Shown: positions 61,275 to 64,000 of the stretch, in pieces
How positions within the stretch are numbered: position 1 is the stretch's first letter
Layout of the letters: the number at the start of each line of letters is the position of its first letter
Source of the DNA: a virus
Direction: 5' to 3' (one strand)
DNA length: 64,000 bases
IMG/VR virus record: IMGVR_UViG_3300008459_000024
Location: 1-64,000 of that record
The notes under the pieces: model-generated
Database searches by the model: none
What the model saw: the letters and a program-made list of their open reading frames with translations, nothing else
What the model was told of the DNA's origin: nothing
Position numbers and translations under genes: made by a program

Positions 61275-63035
61275 TTGGAAAACCAAAAACAACACATAAG
61301 TATTGAGCAAGAGGCCATAAAGGTTTTAGAGGAATATAATGGGTCAAACAACTATATCCTTAAAATAAAAAAACAGTGTGAGGTCAATAAAAAATATGTA
61401 CCCACACGAGCCCAATGTGACTATGTTTTATCCTTTAAGGATATTACACCTAAGGTTGCAAAAAAATGGGTAGACATAGACTCGTACTTTTCAAAAAAGT
61501 TAGTTGAGGATAATCCCTTTATTAAAGAACCCGATAAAATTTACATTGAAAAATTACTAGTCGAAAAGGATAAATCATACCACATATGGGGTAAGGTTTT
61601 TAGTGCAGAGACTATTCATGATTTTTGGGTTCCTAAAGCCGCGGTTATTAAAGAGTATAAGGAAAACGTTGTTGATGTTGATTATTCAAAGTATGAGAAT
61701 CGACCTCCTTTATCTCACCAAAAAGAGGCTATCGAAAAATTATTAAAAAATGATAAGTTTATTTTGGCAGATGATATGGGGCTTGGTAAGACAACATCAA
61801 CCGTAATTGCATCATTAGAAAGTGGTGCTAAAAAAGTATTAATTATTTGTCCAGCATCTTTAAAAATAAATTGGGAACGGGAAATTCGTAATTACACCGA
61901 AAAGAGTGTATATATCTGTGAAGGTAAAAAATTTGAAGATGCCGATTATATCATTGCAAATTACGACATTCTAAAAAACTTCCACGACCCAAAGGATAAA
62001 GACAACTCAATCATTTTAAAATCAAAATTTGATTTGGTTGTTATTGACGAAGCTCATTATGTTTCAAACGCTCAGGCTCAACGTACAAAAATCATAATGG
62101 ATTTAACCAAAAATATTAAAAAACTTTGGTTATTGACTGGTACTCCTATGACTTCTCGCCCAATGAATTATTACAATATTCTTAAATTAATCGATAGTCC
62201 TGTTAGTCAGAATTGGATGGCTTATGCAATTCGTTATTGTGGTGGATATCAATTTAGGGTTGGTAATAAAAAGGTGTGGAATGTTACAGGTGCGTCTAAT
62301 TTAGAGGAACTTCGAGACAGGACTTCTCGTCAAATATTAAGAAGACTAAAAACGGATGTTTTAGATTTACCCGAAAAAATTATGACCCCTGTTTATCTTA
62401 GATTAAAATCTCGACTATATGAAGGTTTAATGGGCGAGTACTACGATTGGTATAATAATCGTCAAGATGAATCAAAATCATTGTCAGTTCAATTTACAAA
62501 ACTAATGAAAGTTAGACAGGTTATTGCTGAGGAAAAAATTTCACATACTATCGAACTTGCTGAGAATATTATCGAGCAAGGTAAAAAGGTTATTATTTTT
62601 AGTAACTTTACGGAACCTTTAAAAAAGATACATGAACATTTTGGTAAGAAGTCAGTTTATTTAGATGGGTCAACCCCAAAACCGGCAAGACAAGAAGCTG
62701 TGGATAAGTTTCAGGAAAGTGATAAAGTACAAGTGTTTTGTGGTAATATAAAAGCAGCTGGTGTTGGTTTAACATTGACGGCTGCCGAGGCGGTAATCAT
62801 GAATGACTTATCATTTGTTCCGGCTGAACACAGCCAATCCGAAGATAGAGCCTATCGATATGGTCAAAAAAACTCAGTTTCAATCTACTATCCAATATTT
62901 GAGAACACGATTGAAGGTTTTATTTATGATATTTTAGATAGAAAAAAGAAGATTATCGGTACTGTGATGGGAGATATTCAAGAAACCGATGCAGATATCG
63001 TAGAACAAATCCTGAACGAAATCAACAATAAGTAA
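61275..63035 (+). CDS. SNF2-family (SMARCAL1/HARP-like) helicase/translocase
   Basis: LADDMGLGKT, ICPASLK.NW, DEAH, LTGTP, GVGLTLT, QSEDRAYRYGQ; TTG start. Confidence 0.9.
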   Translation: MENQKQHISIEQEAIKVLEEYNGSNNYILKIKKQCEVNKKYVPTRAQCDYVLSFKDITPKVAKKWVDIDSYFSKKLVEDNPFIKEPDKIYIEKLLVEKDKSYHIWGKVFSAETIHDFWVPKAAVIKEYKENVVDVDYSKYENRPPLSHQKEAIEKLLKNDKFILADDMGLGKTTSTVIASLESGAKKVLIICPASLKINWEREIRNYTEKSVYICEGKKFEDADYIIANYDILKNFHDPKDKDNSIILKSKFDLVVIDEAHYVSNAQAQRTKIIMDLTKNIKKLWLLTGTPMTSRPMNYYNILKLIDSPVSQNWMAYAIRYCGGYQFRVGNKKVWNVTGASNLEELRDRTSRQILRRLKTDVLDLPEKIMTPVYLRLKSRLYEGLMGEYYDWYNNRQDESKSLSVQFTKLMKVRQVIAEEKISHTIELAENIIEQGKKVIIFSNFTEPLKKIHEHFGKKSVYLDGSTPKPARQEAVDKFQESDKVQVFCGNIKAAGVGLTLTAAEAVIMNDLSFVPAEHSQSEDRAYRYGQKNSVSIYYPIFENTIEGFIYDILDRKKKIIGTVMGDIQETDADIVEQILNEINNK

Positions 63036-63036
63036 G

Positions 63037-63043
63037 TATTTAT
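63037..63043 (+). promoter_or_regulatory. Late-gene motif TATTTAT
   Basis: 5 nt before ATG 63049. Confidence 0.6.
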
Positions 63044-63048
63044 TATTG

Positions 63049-64000
63049 ATGAAATCGTTAAATTTATTATCTGAGTCTTTAATACAAAAAATAACAGGGG
63101 AAAAAAGTTTACCTGAAACCAAGTTTTTTATCAACGAGATGAAAACTATTGGTATTGAAAAATTACCTTATGGTTATGCATCATTAAGAAGATTTATTGA
63201 CCCTGAAACAATGAAGTTTCATTATCAGAAACACTACAAGGGTTATGTAAATAAATTAAACTCCGCATTACGAAAAAAAGATTATGGTGATGTTGAGTTA
63301 GAAAAAATTGTTAGACAAATATCAAAATATAATACAACTATAAGAAATAATGCAGGTGGTGCATTTAACCACGCATTATTTTGGAAGATGTTGTCACCCA
63401 CACCTCAGAAACCAAGTGGTGATGTTTTTAACAAAATAAAAAAGGATTTTGGGAGTTATAGAGAATTCAAAGAACGATTTGAATCGGTTGCTAAAAAAAG
63501 ATTCGGTTCAGGTTGGGTTTGGTTAGTTCTTAATAAGAATGGGAATTTAAAAGTTATGTCCACATCAAACCAAGACAACCCATTAATGAATATTTTTGAC
63601 AGAGGAGGATTTCCAATATTAGGTTTGGATTTATGGGAACATGCGTATTATTTAAAATATCAAAACAAACGAGACGAGTATATTAAAAACTTTTGGGACG
63701 CAATTAACTGGAAGTTCATCAATGAATTATATTTGTCAAAAACAAAAAAAGAAAAAACGATTAAAGAGTCTTACATGATTAATGAACAAAAAGAGTCGTA
63801 CAATCCTAAACGAGAAGAATCTCAAAACTATTCGTTCATATTAAGTAATAACAAACCTTTGTTATGGACATTTAGGAAATGTATCGATTCAATTCTCAAA
63901 GATGTATATGGTAAACAATATTATGAAAAAGGCGAATATGGTCCCGATGAAATGGCGGGAGTTTATGATATTAATGGGGAACAAGGACGTTCAGTTATTA
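63049..64000 (+). CDS. sodA: Fe/Mn superoxide dismutase (Mn-type signature) fused to N- and C-terminal extensions; runs off right edge (not in ORF track)
   Basis: LPYGY..L, TMKFHYQKHYKGY, NNAGGAFNHALFW, FGSGWVW, NQDNPLM, DLWEHAYY (all four metal ligands). The frame stays open for more than 80 codons after the SOD domain. Confidence 0.9.
   Translation, partial: MKSLNLLSESLIQKITGEKSLPETKFFINEMKTIGIEKLPYGYASLRRFIDPETMKFHYQKHYKGYVNKLNSALRKKDYGDVELEKIVRQISKYNTTIRNNAGGAFNHALFWKMLSPTPQKPSGDVFNKIKKDFGSYREFKERFESVAKKRFGSGWVWLVLNKNGNLKVMSTSNQDNPLMNIFDRGGFPILGLDLWEHAYYLKYQNKRDEYIKNFWDAINWKFINELYLSKTKKEKTIKESYMINEQKESYNPKREESQNYSFILSNNKPLLWTFRKCIDSILKDVYGKQYYEKGEYGPDEMAGVYDINGEQGRSVI

Noticed and set aside
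45-63134. Many 60-170 aa antisense or alternate-frame ORFs in the track (e.g. 52941..53441, 54153..54524, 22361..22669, 25916..26245)
   Set aside because: They overlap well-supported genes, lack motifs, and show the composition expected of shadow frames in AT-rich DNA.
1-64000. Stop-codon reassignment, as in some large phages
   Set aside because: Code 11 gives full-length conserved genes and high coding density; TAA, TAG and TGA all occur as apparent stops.
1-64000. tRNA, rRNA or structured ncRNA genes
   Set aside because: Intergenic gaps are short and AT-rich; no cloverleaf or extended structure was seen by eye (tRNAscan/Infernal not run).

Overview
A 64-kb, AT-rich, densely coding segment of a large T4-like myovirus (probably a jumbo phage). 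It uses the standard genetic code. A Bacteroidota host is inferred, not proven. The window interleaves two gene sets. (i) Replication, recombination and nucleotide genes: Mre11/SbcD-like nuclease, PD-(D/E)XK nuclease, primase, RuvC-like resolvase, nrdA/nrdB, a free-standing GIY-YIG homing endonuclease, DnaB-like helicase, 5'-3' exonuclease, RecA, gp32-like SSB and an SNF2 helicase. (ii) A contractile-tail module: neck, terminator, sheath, tube, chaperone, tape measure, hub/wedge proteins, and a set of Cys-rich, Thr-Pro-linker and SprB-repeat surface proteins. A Fe/Mn superoxide dismutase fusion runs off the right edge. Most notable: a candidate +1 ribosomal frameshift (UUU_CGU_C, the influenza PA-X-type motif) at the end of the tail chaperone gene; a 15-copy TATTTAT late-gene motif, 4-6 nt from the ATG in 9 cases (suggesting leaderless late mRNAs), alongside a separate TT(G/T)A-N-TAnnnT promoter class; a late-expressed SOD bracketed by prohead-protease-like sites; and small genes missed by the ORF track (a lipoprotein and an RHH regulator with a tandem operator). 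All product calls come from motif recognition by eye; no database search was run.
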